A stretch of DNA of 64,000 bases from Phoronis australis (Eukaryota; Animalia; Phoronida). This document shows positions 38,169 to 64,000 of the stretch, one piece after another (the first letter of the stretch is position 1; the number at the start of each line of letters is the position of its first letter). Both the position numbers and the translations under genes were made by a program. Location: the NCBI GenBank assembly GCA_002633005.1, contig NMRA01000584.1:62001-126000 (forward strand), read 5' to 3'. The notes beneath the pieces were generated by a model that saw only the letters and a program-made list of their open reading frames with translations, was not told the DNA's origin and made no database searches.

Positions 38169-38330
38169 GGTGGTGTTGGCGGTGGAGCTGGTTGTGGTGG
38201 TAGTAATGGTGGTAGTGAGTGGTGGTGGTGATGGTGATGGTGATGGTGATGGTGGTGGTAGCAGTTGAAGTAATAGTGGTTGTGTGATGGTGGTGGTATT
38301 TGCAGTGTTGTGAATAGTAGTAGAAGCAGC
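38005..38330. repeat. (GTA/GTG/GAT)n compound microsatellite
   Basis: Direct reading. Confidence 0.95.
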
Positions 38331-39094
38331 ATTAGAATTACCAAAAGCGAATATTCCCAAGGCACGAGCAATCTTTATAGCCGTTAGAATTGATTTGCAA
38401 ATATACATTATGAAAACCTTGAACATTTCGGATTTTGCCACTGACGTCTGTGTTTGTTTCGTTGAATCCCATATGATCTTACGGCGGAGTGAATAAACAA
38501 TGTTTGACCGATCCCAGCCATACCACCTTCACACCTCTATGACGTTAAACGGGCTTTTAACAAATAATGCTGTATAACCCCAAGCATCCTACATCCTAGG
38601 TGACCACGGAATTTTGATAACACAGAGATCCACGTTAATTCCATGTCAACACACATTCTGCGGATAGAGGTTTTGGATTGGTTAATTGCATTGTCATATG
38701 AAAGACAGGGAAGAAATAAATTTATTCGAATTGGCACCCAGTCATAAAGATTTTTTGGTTTTTCCAAAACAACCGATCAAAGCGGCTTGAACAAAACAGT
38801 GACCCAAATTCGCTGAATTACACCAACAGGCTTCTTTTTCATATCAACCGCTATAAATTATCAGAGGTCTATTTCTGGAAAGCGATACAGTCCGGGTACA
38901 GTATGTAGAGGGCAGGATCAGTGAAACACCAACCATGTCGACAAACCACTGTTGTTGTTCTATGCTTGTTGGTATTACACCCACGCACACGCAAATTTTG
39001 TTTTACCAATTGTACATTGTTTGTCTTTGTGGAGTAGTGATCAGTACCGTAAAACAACAATACTAATAGCAGGTGTATCCATAACAATGATACA

Positions 39095-39186
39095 TTATCA
39101 TCGTCATCATCATCATCACCATCACCATCATCATCAGCATCATCATCACCATCCCCATCGCCATCACCATCATCATCATCATCATT

Positions 39187-39226
<40 letters not shown>

Positions 39227-39325
39227 ACATAGTCATCATCATTATAATTATCATAATTATTATCATTATTATCATTATCGTTATTATTAATATTGTTGTT
39301 GTTATTGTTGTTGTTATTGTGTTGC
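39095..39325. repeat. (ATC/ATT)n compound microsatellite
   Basis: Direct reading. Confidence 0.95.
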
Positions 39326-39759
39326 AACAATAATCATACTGATAATAAACACAATGATAACAACAGTAGTAAAACTAATGACAATCCTTATGACGATGGT
39401 TATTGGTAACGTTCCTTGTAGAAGTGGTCATAATAATTATAATTACAGTAAAAAGATTACTCATGTCATGATAATGAATATGACAACACATACGTTACAT
39501 TCTACTCCAATTGTTGTACATGTTTATTAGTGATAATGATCACGACACTGGTAATTCCAATCTTAATCATAATACCAACAACAACATTGGTGGTTACAAC
39601 TAGCCTAGTGCGGCAGGAGCCTCTCGTGAGCAGGATTGTTTGAACACGACACAACATTGTCAGTTTACAGTTTTAATGAGCACTCCCTCAAACTTAGGAA
39701 TGTTTGTTGGTCCTCAGCTGTCGTGGGTTCAATCAATTTTATTATTCAGTGGAAACGAT

Positions 39760-39801
39760 ATAATATTAATAATAATAATAATAATAATAGTAATAATAAT
39801 G

Positions 39802-39851
<50 letters not shown>

Positions 39852-39852
39852 A

Positions 39853-39890
<38 letters not shown>

Positions 39891-39899
39891 CATGATAAC

Positions 39900-39937
<38 letters not shown>

Positions 39938-39965
39938 CAGCAATGATAATAATAATAACAAATCG
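39760..39965. repeat. (AAT/GAT)n compound microsatellite
   Basis: Direct reading. Confidence 0.95.
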
Positions 39966-41489
39966 TAATCGATAACATTAGTGGCAACAATAACACTGCT
40001 TTTAGGAAAAGCCTTAGTTGTTACAACAGAACTAGAAATCATGCCAAACTAACGTCGTACTGCTTGACAGAACATACCATCATAAGAACATCTATAAACA
40101 TGATTCAGTCTTTTAACGGTTCTAAACAAACTGCTTTTGGGAACCACACAATTGTGCTAAACACCTTCTGTTATCACTTTTAGTTCGCTTTTTGCTTAGA
40201 ACAACATGTACGGAAGAACAGTCTCAGCAAGCAGCGATTGTCTGTTTATTTAGTGACTCTTTCCAGCCGTATGAGGCACAGAACATTTCTCCACTAACAG
40301 CTAGAGCTCCAACAGTTGCTGATAGTCAGAACCTCAGCGATAGTGGAACAGTGGGGCTTCCGCTTTAACAAACACAACAATCCATTTTACACAATGGGAC
40401 ATCTCGTCACTAAACGCATTAAAAAGATCTGTAGAAAATGTACGTGGTGGGTTGAAATTCAGGGGTTCGTAAGGGATTTAATTTATTGTTCATTTTTTAA
40501 TTTTCATATTTTGTATCTTGATCTAGAAACAGATGTGCGTGTCACATAGTGCATTAGTTTTTCCGTTTCAGCCGCCTAAACATAGAGGGTAAAATGTAAA
40601 CTCTACATGGGTTACTGAAAAGCCACCTCTAATTAAAACAAGGCTTGAAAATGCATTAATTTAGTTGTACGATGGCACGTTTATGTTTCAATAACTTAAC
40701 TATATTTCCCGGCTTTCAAATTTCATTGCATTGGAGTAAGAAAGCGTTTTTTCCGGATATTAAGCATCTGAAATTTTACTGTTTTGGATTCAACACAAAA
40801 AACACGGCTTCAATTTTTTTCTTTTGTGTTTTGTTTTGACGCCATCTTGTTTTCTATGGAATTAGAAAAAAGGTCAACGTCTCCCCCTCCCCCCCAGTCA
40901 GCAGGTAGCAAGACCATCTCCGTCGTCTACGAGTCGGCTCGGGTAGAACTGTCAAACAAGTCGTGGAAATTGACGACAAGATTTTGTGAGCCACACTGCT
41001 CAAAAATAGTTCAGCCTTTGATACCCGTTATTACAAGACATTTTCATGCTTTTTACGGTCTGATATTACCAGAGCTGGTTTCACGTGGTGATAACCTGGC
41101 CGGATCTAAGTAAGAAAATACTATTAAAGAGTTCGGAATCTTTGTAGCTCTAGTATGACCATTTTGGATGGAGCGATGGTCCCAAAGCAGAATCTCACGC
41201 TCACAACGACATAAAGTACATTGGCTAGAGTGTTATGAATCAGCCAGCCTCTGTCACCGGTGTAACCTCTCTTCTTCACGCATGTCGTGATTATGGTCAA
41301 TAGTTGATCTGACATCTAAAGCTTAATATGCTATATTGATTCTTATCTCAACTGGAACACTGATGTAACGTTGCGCAATATTTATTAACAATTCAATATT
41401 AAGCAAAAAGGACAAGTACGTTGTTTTAGCAGATCACAGCAACACACAACTGGACAGTAAACCGAGCCGACAGTGTAGGAAGTAGAAAT

Positions 41490-41602
41490 TATGATGATGG
41501 TAATGGTGATGGTGGTGATGGTGATGATGATGATGATCATGGTGATGATGGTGATGGTGATGATGTTGATGATGACGACGATGATGATGAGGATGATGAT
41601 AG
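41490..41602. repeat. (GAT/GGT)n microsatellite
   Basis: Direct reading. Confidence 0.95.
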
Positions 41603-42371
41603 TTTATTCACATATTTCTTAGTAACTATTTATAGTAAAAAGGCTTTGTTAAAATAATAAATCTTATCATTTGCTGTCTTATACATGTTGGTCCTCTGTG
41701 CATTTTTACACTTGGGTTTTGCCCATATGAGGACACGATAATTAGTCGCAATAAGTCACATGCATGAGCTCACCAGTTCATGCATAGTAATAACAAACCA
41801 TTACGTAACATTACATACATGGCTGACATCCCCTAACAACAACGAAACACCTAGAGTCATCATTGACAACACTGAAGTGAGGGTGTTAAAATCTAAAATG
41901 AATCGAGGTGTCGCCACTTGCTGCACTCGCTGTACTCTCATAAAAGATGGCGCCAAACTATTTGTGTTTCAACTTCAGTCAACAATTGCAATAATTTCAA
42001 AGACACTGTAGTATTTGATTTTTGGTGTAAATTATTTCCAACTGAGCAAATACGTCGAGACAAGTGCTGGTTGGTTTAGATGGAATCTCCGGCTTATGAA
42101 GTTGTGAGGTGTTACAGTACTGTTCTGAGTTGAAATATTTCAGTATCATTTTAATCCGAGTTTAGTTCTATCCTGTGTTTAGTATATGACATAAGGGATA
42201 ATAGTCCGAGGGGTTGCTTGGGTGAAATTTGGTCAGAAGTTCTCATTCAAGAGGATACTATTTCTCAACACATTAATTTCATTTACATGAAGTATCATCT
42301 TTTTATAGTCTGAGACTCGTATGGCACTGTTCGGTTGTAATTAGACACGTAACCTGTCTATAAAGGTATTT

Positions 42372-42381
42372 ATCATCGCCG

Positions 42382-42432
<51 letters not shown>

Positions 42433-42492
42433 CTATCATCACCACCACCATCATCATCATCATAATCATCATCTTCGTCGCCGCCATCATCG
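42372..42492. repeat. (ATC)n microsatellite
   Basis: Direct reading. Confidence 0.95.
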
Positions 42493-42639
42493 TTGAGTTG
42501 ACAGCCTAAACGTCAATTATTTGATGACACTGGCTGTGTGTGACGTCGATGTAGATAAATGCTGATCAAGGTATTAGACGTAGGAAAGGGAGTGCGTGCC
42601 GGGAATCGATGATCAAGAGAAGATATAGAAAAAATGAAT

Positions 42640-43195
42640 AAGGCGACAAGGTTATGATTGACAAATCCGTTGTCGCAACTGTACGTACTCCCAGTCATTA
42701 GGACTGGCAAACTACTTCGAAACGGACCCATCGTCGGCGGCGAATTTCATATCTACATTCATTCAAACGGAGACCAACCCCAACTCAACTGTCTAGCTGT
42801 GCTGTCTCAAGGTAAATTCAGTGCTCACGCGCGGAGAAGCCCTGCTAACTAATATTTATAAACAGTTGTTAAGTTTTAATGTTACAACAACAAAGACAAT
42901 ATTTTAGATTCTAACTTGAGCATTTGCTACGAAAGCTGAATGCAATTTACAATCGTTAAGTTTAAAATAAAACTATTAACAAAGAGTAACTGAATTACTT
43001 TATATTGCGCAAGCGTGTTTTTACAAAAGTTGCGTCGTGCAGTCGAAAGCTTTACACACGTCGTTTTTTTCGGCAAAAAAGATCATTTTTACGGTTCATG
43101 TGAAAAAACAAATAAGCCTCGGGATTTTGACGAAATTTCCAAGATGTTTTATCAGTGTCATAAACCTGAGACGAGTGTAGGATTCCATATTTTTG
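42640..43195 (+). repeat. Interspersed repeat, copy 1 (about 550 bp)
   Basis: Aligns in reverse complement to 48040-48590 (gacaaggttatgattgacaaatc; ctgtctagctgtgctgtctcaagg; catttgctacgaaagctga; ggattttgacgaaatttccaaga). Confidence 0.8.
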
Positions 43196-43339
43196 GTTGT
43201 TTGGGTCGAATGTCTAGTTACTGTTGTGCTTTGCACGTAATTGTTTGTGTTTTTTCGATGAATTTATAATCTTATCTTCATACTCTTGGGAATAGTTGAC
43301 AATGCCAGATTTGTAGAGGGACAAAGGGGCAATTAACCC

Positions 43340-43800
43340 GGGCCACCCTCCGTCTGAAAGAGGGACCCCTGAATATGAAAGGCTAGTACATATTTAAAAA
43401 ATAAAAAGAATGTCACTTAATTCCACTATGGTGTGAGCCTCCAAGAAATAACCTTCCTTAACATAAAAGAGTTTGAGATTTCACAAAAACAGGAAAATAG
43501 AAGGAATCAACTCCATAATTGGATCTTCTCTTATGAGCAGCCCCTTAAGAATGTATTAATGAAACCGATAAAAAGGATGACCACATGAATGCCATCAACG
43601 GGCAGCCTCCAAGAGTTGGGCCCTTAAATGTGAAAGGATCAATAATTTCAAAAAACAGGAAATGAGCACTGATTGGTGCTATCTGTCAGGTTCTCGATTT
43701 TCATCAAGTGATGTACTTATTCGAGGAAAAACGAAAAAGGAGAGCGACAATGACTCCATTATCCCTTACCAGAGAGGAGCCCTTGGAGAAATATAGTTTT
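43340..43800. repeat. Degenerate tandem duplication, period about 260 bp
   Basis: ggacccctgaatatgaaagg vs gggcccttaaatgtgaaagg; actccataat...gagcagccccttaagaa vs actccattat...gaggagcccttggagaa. Confidence 0.5.
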
Positions 43801-44433
43801 GCGTTTCCTAAAATTGTCTTCTAGAATTTAAAAATCTAGTGAATTAATAAACTCTGCAAAATTTTGCTTTATAAATTTTCGAAATACCTATATACGCACG
43901 CTTCAAGTACATTTAGATGATCTATGCTTCCAAAAATGAGCCCTCTTACAACAATGTCCAAGCCTGGGCAATCAAAGGGTAAATCAAGCACTGGTAGTTG
44001 ACACAAGTCCCCTTTAATTTTCTTTCTGATCGACGTCTTCCTTTTCTCGACTGCCCCCTGCTCCACGCCAATACCGGTTGCCATGGTTTAACCCTGACGC
44101 CTATAAATTATTGAGGGCCTTAAGGAAAACGAGTTTTAACTAATTGCAACGACTGGGGCCTCTTTTTCTCACATACACTCCCGAGATTAGCCCTTGTTTT
44201 TTCACACCGACTTTTGATTAACTAGACACACAGTCCGCGTCCAACCATCTCCATGGCGCCCAGCAACGAATCAGCCGATCAGATTGCCGACCCGATTTCA
44301 GTTAATTTTGACTGGAAGCCTTTGCTAAAATTCGGCGATTGATAATAAACTAAAAAAGCAGCAGGTTTTGATGTGATGTAGGTCTGGTCAATCCTAACAG
44401 CTTCGAGTAGCGTACAAACTAGTGTCATGCGTT

Positions 44434-44589
44434 CATTGCTGTAGTGGGGCGTAGGCGCATGTAGACACAGCCAACCACCTTTTGGCATTTGAACGTAGCG
44501 CCTACGCACCGTAAGTTACGTTCAGTGCTCAAAGTGATACGGTGGGCTTTGGGCGCCTACTTACCTCTAATTTTACCACTACAGCACTG
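44434..44589. mobile_element. hAT-type MITE, 156 bp
   Basis: 14-bp TIR cattgctgtagtgg / ccactacagcactg (1 mismatch) flanked by a perfect 8-bp TSD catgcgtt (44426-44433 and 44590-44597). Confidence 0.9.
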
Positions 44590-44704
44590 CATGCGTTAAA
44601 AATCAGTAATTTGGCATGTTCCAACTTTTACCTGCTCTGTGGCATGTACTTTTGATTCTGGGAGACAACGAAAGACAGCCGAGAACTTCAAGACAATGAG
44701 GAAT

Positions 44705-44710
44705 TTTATT
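44705..44710 (-). other. Probable polyadenylation signal of the guanylyl cyclase gene
   Basis: AATAAA on the minus strand about 620 nt downstream of the stop at 45328, followed by T/GT-rich sequence. Confidence 0.45.
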
Positions 44711-45327
44711 TATCCCTACAAAACATGTTTATCATATAATAATAACTTAATTTTAACAATAAACACAAAATGCAAGACAATGTCCAACCACAATGATGCC
44801 TTCAATAAGTAATGACCACAGTTTGAGTTTTTACTTCAACTTTTTGTTACTCCTAGGCACACAATGATCAATGAATCTTAGGTGAGAAAACAAGTCAATG
44901 AACAGAGGGTAAACTAGCGTTATATAGACTGGTAGTTTTAGTCGGGATACAAACATGTAATGCGGAAAACTATTAAATAAATAACTGAAGTTTCGTAACA
45001 ATGACATTTGGACCAGTACAATACTGTTGATATAAAATAAATCGGCATAATCAGACATTGACTTTTGATTGTCTTATGGCATACTTAATAACTGACAGCA
45101 CCAATTCACAATGCAATCCTCATGTAGTGATAATAACAATATCAGTATATAAGACGAGACACGTCTAACTGAAGGAGGCGCCTCCTAACGTCTGCATGAG
45201 GAGTACAGAACCAGGCACCGTATACAGGAACACATAGAATCACGGAATGCATCATTCTGAGAATGTCAGATCTGCTCTCAATGACCGGTCTTTCTTTGAA
45301 CACCACTGAGTCCTTTCTGAAAGCACT

Positions 45328-58835
<13,508 letters not shown>

Positions 58836-59399
58836 CTAAGGAGTAAAAATACTCAATTAACTTAAACCGAAGCCAAGCCAAACGTAGTATTCTGACGCGT
58901 AAAATGTCATGAACAATTGTCATGCTTTATCTCTATTATGCTCGCTTCCACCAGATGTCACGCTTACGTTACAAATACACAATGCCATTTTAGTCCAGTA
59001 ACCACGTGAATCCACACGTTTGCGTCAGCTCAATCACTCTTCAGTAATGCCAATATATTGTTCATCAGTTTTTACAAGTCTGATGGCTAATGGTTAACAA
59101 GAGACTGAGGTATAATCATTTTGACAAATGCTTTAACATTATTGTAATTAGTAAAAGTACATATTGCAAGTACGTCAGAAATGGGGCAACAAATGGCTTG
59201 AAATATTGCCTTTAACCAAGCCCATGCCTTTTACTCACATATGCAATGACTGTACGACCATGTCCAGATTGGCAAAGTAATTAGAGAAGCATGGGGCTTG
59301 TCAAGATGGAAAATGATTCTTGGATTTAAGGAAACGAACAGATTGAATGATAAGATAATAGCGGATTTAATTACTCAAGTCGTGTTAACACACGGATTG

Positions 59400-60235
59400 T
59401 CGTGGGCCGTTCGAGGGAAAGTATTATCGAGGGCCGTTCGGGGGAATGTGTCACTCCTAATTCAGACTCAGACATCGCTAGTGTTTACGACCGAAATCAT
59501 TCGCCCATGATTACAAGCGTTATTACGACCGAGACTTCGCTCGCATTTTACGACCGAAATCGTTCTCTCGTAATAGTTATATCCAATGAGAATTTGATTT
59601 GCAGGTCACGTGAGTTCTAAAGAAGTTGTACGCTCTTAATATTACGCTCGTCGTTTTCGCTTGTAACTGTACGTTCGTAATTTTACGCTCATAATTTTTC
59701 TGAAGGTAAAATCTCAGGAGAAAAATATTGAAAATACTGAATATTAACTGATGTTTTTAACTTGCTCCCCTAGTCATCGCAGGCATTAGAAAGTGGTCCG
59801 TTTTAGTGCATATCGAGGTGGCAAAATGTTTTCATTTTATTTTATTCTATTTGTTGTAATGTAATAGATTTTCTGAATGTTGGTGGTAAATCACTCATTC
59901 TTTATACAATACATTTGAATAACAAACCATGTGCACCACAAACCAATATCAGCTGAGTATGAATGGTTGTCACGTGGAGTGCTGGAATGGCTTAATTTTA
60001 ACGTGTGTATATCTTATAATTACGAGCGAAAAATACGAGCGTAAAATTACGAGCGTCCAGCTTCTGTAGAACTCACGTGACATACAAATCAATTTCTCAT
60101 AACGATATGAGCTCATGTGACCAACAAATCAATTTCTCATTGGATATAACGATTACGGTCGTAAAACACGAGCGCAGTCTCGATCGTAATTACGAGTGTA
60201 ATTACAGGCGACATTTTCCCCCGAACGACCCACGA
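59400..60235. mobile_element. Foldback-type element with long (about 220-290 bp) imperfect inverted arms
   Basis: Left arm tcgtgggccgttcg...cgaccgagac...gttatatccaatgagaatttgatttg...tcacgtgagttcta...ttacgctcgt is mirrored by the right arm at 60020-60235 (...tagaactcacgtga...caaatcaatttctcattggatataac...cgaacgacccacga); AT-rich spacer between them. Confidence 0.8.
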
Positions 60236-60607
60236 TTACGAATTACCCTGGGCAAACTTTCCCTAGATAAGCCGAACGTCTACACTACACAACCTACACC
60301 ATGCGACATATATTGCGCAAAAACGATACGACTCCCCTACGTGCGTAACTGAGCAAGAACACAACTCGTAATTACTTCCGCAGGTTTGCATCTTCACTAC
60401 GACTTGCACTGAAAAAGTTACCTTTCTTCAATGGAGTGGGGTAAATTATCACACGTGTGTCAAGTTGCCCCAGCCCAAATTTCGCCCACACTACTACTAA
60501 ACATAGCGACAGGAGTAACTTGTTCTGGGGGTAACTAGAGGCGTTGACGGCACTTCAGTGTAAAAGTACCACCTGCACCCAGTTGTAATCAAAGCTGGTA
60601 AATTGTG

Positions 60608-61046
60608 TCCGGTTGCATGAAACAAACTCAAACAGGGACTCCATCACTCCACTAAGTTCCTTAGATCTCTTGCGTATTTGTGGGCTTGTAAAAACACCGA
60701 TTGTGCTTTCTCATGGTGTTTCAGTTTCATTAATAAGTAACTTTTTGAATGTGATACAAACTGAGGGTGAACTTCACGTTGAATTCTCAATATTATCGAA
60801 AATCAATAAGGATCTTTTTATGCAGCACCCCCAGTTTAAGGACTAAGTCCCTATTGATTTTCAATGAATTCGGGACTCAGTTTTCAGATATATTATTAGG
60901 AAATGGCAGGAAGTTAAAGAGAAGCTCGTAATAAAGATGAAATGACAGAAAAAGATTACATCCGTGAGTAAAAAGACACCAATACTCAAAATATTTAGGG
61001 TACTTTGTCGAGTCCCTATTTGGGACTGTTTCATGCAATTGACCTC
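60608..61046. mobile_element. Probable MITE with about 30-bp degenerate TIRs
   Basis: ttgcatgaaacaaactcaaacagggactc (60613) vs gagtccctatttgggactgtttcatgcaa (about 61010-61039). Confidence 0.55.
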
Positions 61047-64000
61047 TGCTTCCCTGGCATGTTTCAGTTATATATTTCCTCATTTTTACAAATTTAGAAT
61101 GCTGAATGAGTGTCCTTCATCGGAAGACAGCACGAAAATGAGAATACCTTTCGCAACTAACAATCCTGACAGAATTTGGGTTTTTTCCTATCAATTTTAA
61201 ATTAAAACCACAATCAAGACATCATCCAATGTTGTTGAACACAATCAAAATTCTCCTTAAAATTTGTTTACTTTGGAAATAATGATGTAATGTTATTAAG
61301 AGAATATCATTTGGTTTACCTTAACGGTTTTAGGGCAGAAAAAAACGCATTTTTAGAATTATTGTTAGATGGGGAAATTTACTGGAGTTTGATCAGAGCT
61401 ATATTATAAAACAACATAATCCGTTGCGGTTGGGTGATATTATTACAAATCGTTACTTCACGCCGTTGTCTGACATTTGCTGAAATCAAGGCCGGTGACT
61501 TAACCACATAAATACGCAAGCCATTTCGCGATTTAGCTCTGACAAGATCTAGCCTGCGGCTGCGATCGCGAGTGTACCAGGTTCGACTCAACGCTGGGAC
61601 TGATTTCAGAATATCTCTCTGCTCGCTGTTGTGTCTCTTTCAAAAGACTTGTGAGGTGCCTACTAAAAGTGATATGGAAGGTACCACAAACTACTGATTG
61701 CACGCTCCTTGATGTTACTTCGATGTCAAAAATGTTCAAAGTTATGTAAGACCCCAAATAGTCCGAGTTTGCTATCTTCGGAACATCACATCTCAAGAAA
61801 TAATACTATGCTTTATGCACTGTTTTACAAAACGCTTTTACGAATTGTTTATAAAATGTTCCACTTTGCATGAGGAGGGTGAACAAAAATGTGGCTCAGT
61901 TATCATTTTAATGAAAAACAGCATAAAATGAAAACGAAATAATGTTTTAGAAAGCTGCAATAGCGCTTTTGAGATCTAGAATTGAACATTTACATCAAAT
62001 TAAATTACTCATGTAATTGATGTCACAGTTTTTCTAATGTGTCCTTTCTTGTTTAATTGCACTAAAAAGATATAATGACGTGACTCAAGTAATAGTAGAT
62101 TGGTAAAATATCAAAAACCTTAATTTCACAGGCTATCTACTTTTAGCTTACAAAGTTAAAGTTCCTAGTTTTGGAGAAATTTGACTCAATACGCAGTCTT
62201 GTCAATAAGGCCCTACAAAAATTTATTATACTAAAATTTAATAAATTTCGGATTGCACTAAAGCAATTATGTAACTCTGATTACAAAAATAACCAATTTG
62301 CCAAACGATCTTCTACTACGTCAATTGAAGTCAACAGTGAGACGTCGAGCGCAGCACTTCATTCATCGATTGTGGATCAGTCGAAATACATTCCTCTGGT
62401 CGATCACACAAATGTTGTTCGAACGTGCACAAAACAAGATGAGGTCATGTTTTGGGTCGCCTTTCAGTGACGAATCTTTCTCTACATGACATCATTCAAG
62501 TTTCCTTTTGTTGTTTCTCAAGGTACCTGCAGGTCAGAGCCCCCACACTTATTTCAGTGCTGCGTCGTCTATGTTTAGAGGTGTCAACACTGAGAATGTC
62601 TAGCTCTTGTTGTCTTCTCAGGTGTGGGATTCTTAATAAGCGGCCAGGTCTGCTAGTATCATGAGACCGTTTCCTTCGACCTCGGTGAATGAACTTACCG
62701 GCTGTTCGCTACGAGACTTAGCCGTCTTAATAAAACCTCTAATACAAACAACCCACCTCTCGGAACTCGAATGTCACTGGGAATTCGAAAGATAGTCATC
62801 AGATTTTTATTATACTCTTTCGGGGACACATTTCCAGGCTGACTTTTACACGGCTATTGTAGTGTTTACGAGACGGCTGAGAGGCTGATCATTAAAGGAT
62901 CAAATCACAAGAATTTTACGCTAATGATATTGAAACAGACATATGATATGTAAACCTACTTTTGCGGTTTCTTTGTGCCAATTGGCTATTCAAGAGAAGA
63001 CATTTCAATCACTAAAGGTAGGGAACTTGAAGTTTTGTCATGATTTCAATTGATGCCTTAATAATGTATTATAATAGAAACAAGTACATGGCAAAAATAA
63101 AGAATATAGACTCTTGGACTATTGGTTTTTCCCACTAGACATTCTACGGAAATTGAGCTAGTGCGGGCCATTGGCAATGGTGTAATGCGTCTTAGCACAT
63201 TTGAAGCATGGAAAGATTTTTACCTGAGTTCTTGTAAAAGTTATATTTTTGTGTCTTAAACTCACCGTTTGTCAACAAGCCAAGTGAATACCAGACACGT
63301 TCACAGAGCCGCCTTAACAATATCACAGGACCTCGGGCAATGGGTGTACTGGGACCGCTATACCATCAACACAACTACTAATCATAGCGATAAAACCGCA
63401 TATGTGTATTTATCGTAGGCCTACCGGTTCGCAAACAACATAAAAATCAACGCACATGTTGGACACCATGATGCATGTCTTTCAAAACACAAGTTCAGCA
63501 AAAAATAACACTCGAGCTTGGTGGGCACGCATGTGTATGTGCCGCGGAAAGTGCAAAAATAGTTAAAAGAAAATGAAATCTGATTCGTAAAAAACAATCT
63601 ACTAGCTAAGTGTGCGGAAAGAGCAAAATTGATTTTTTATTGACAATTTTTTGCATTTACGGGGCCCATACATGCGGAAATGGCGTCCGCGCTAATATTA
63701 CCAAGGGTTCTTCCTACAAACTCAATACACTAACAAAGCACTTGCGTTGCGAAGTCTTCGCTAACGGGACCATAGCTAAACACTCCAATCTCACCGATCA
63801 ATCATCTCAATGGCCCCCCATACTGCTAAGGTACGCTGGTATAAGCTCCCAACAAGGGAAACCCACGGTGAACTCAACTTCCGATGCTCCCGACAATACT
63901 CGCGAAACACTCGTTTTCACTCGCGAGATTTTACGTGGTTTCGCGTGATATTGTTTTTTCGCTAGTTTCTCGCATCTACGGAACGTACTTTAAGACGCTG

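Noticed and set aside
35635-39996. Long poly-N/I/T/H/D/M ORFs (mucin-like, His-rich)
   Set aside because: Open only because of trinucleotide microsatellites, and present in multiple frames on both strands.
44434-44589. Multi-branch structured ncRNA candidate
   Set aside because: The pairing is explained by TIR and subterminal repeats, and a perfect 8-bp TSD identifies it as a hAT MITE.
63266-63370. Possible upstream cyclase exon (good gtgagt donor at 63265)
   Set aside because: The open frame ends in phase 1 while the next exon (58835) is phase 0, and the expected FIGP/PMISY-like sequence is absent.

Overview
AT-rich, intron-rich animal genomic DNA, most consistent with a heterozygous marine invertebrate (inferred; species not identifiable). 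Three protein-coding genes lie on the minus strand. (1) A complete 5-coding-exon GATA4/5/6-class transcription factor (CDS 21817->11549, 418 aa). (2) Directly downstream, the first coding exon (6464->5657) of a second, tandem GATA4/5/6-like paralogue whose zinc-finger exons must lie left of the window. (3) Seventeen frame-consistent exons (58835->45328, about 1004 aa) of a receptor guanylyl cyclase whose first exon(s) I could not locate. The rest is non-coding: GATA-motif clusters, several MITEs with clear TIR/TSD, foldback elements, a 7-kb zone of trinucleotide microsatellites and two N-joined haplotype-overlap duplications. The best leads are the GATA pair combining GATA1/2/3-type and GATA4/5/6-type N-terminal motifs, a duplicated splice donor after the second zinc finger, candidate autoregulatory GATA-site clusters, and a possible 29-aa micropeptide gene convergent with the cyclase. 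Exon boundaries were read by hand and no database searches were run.
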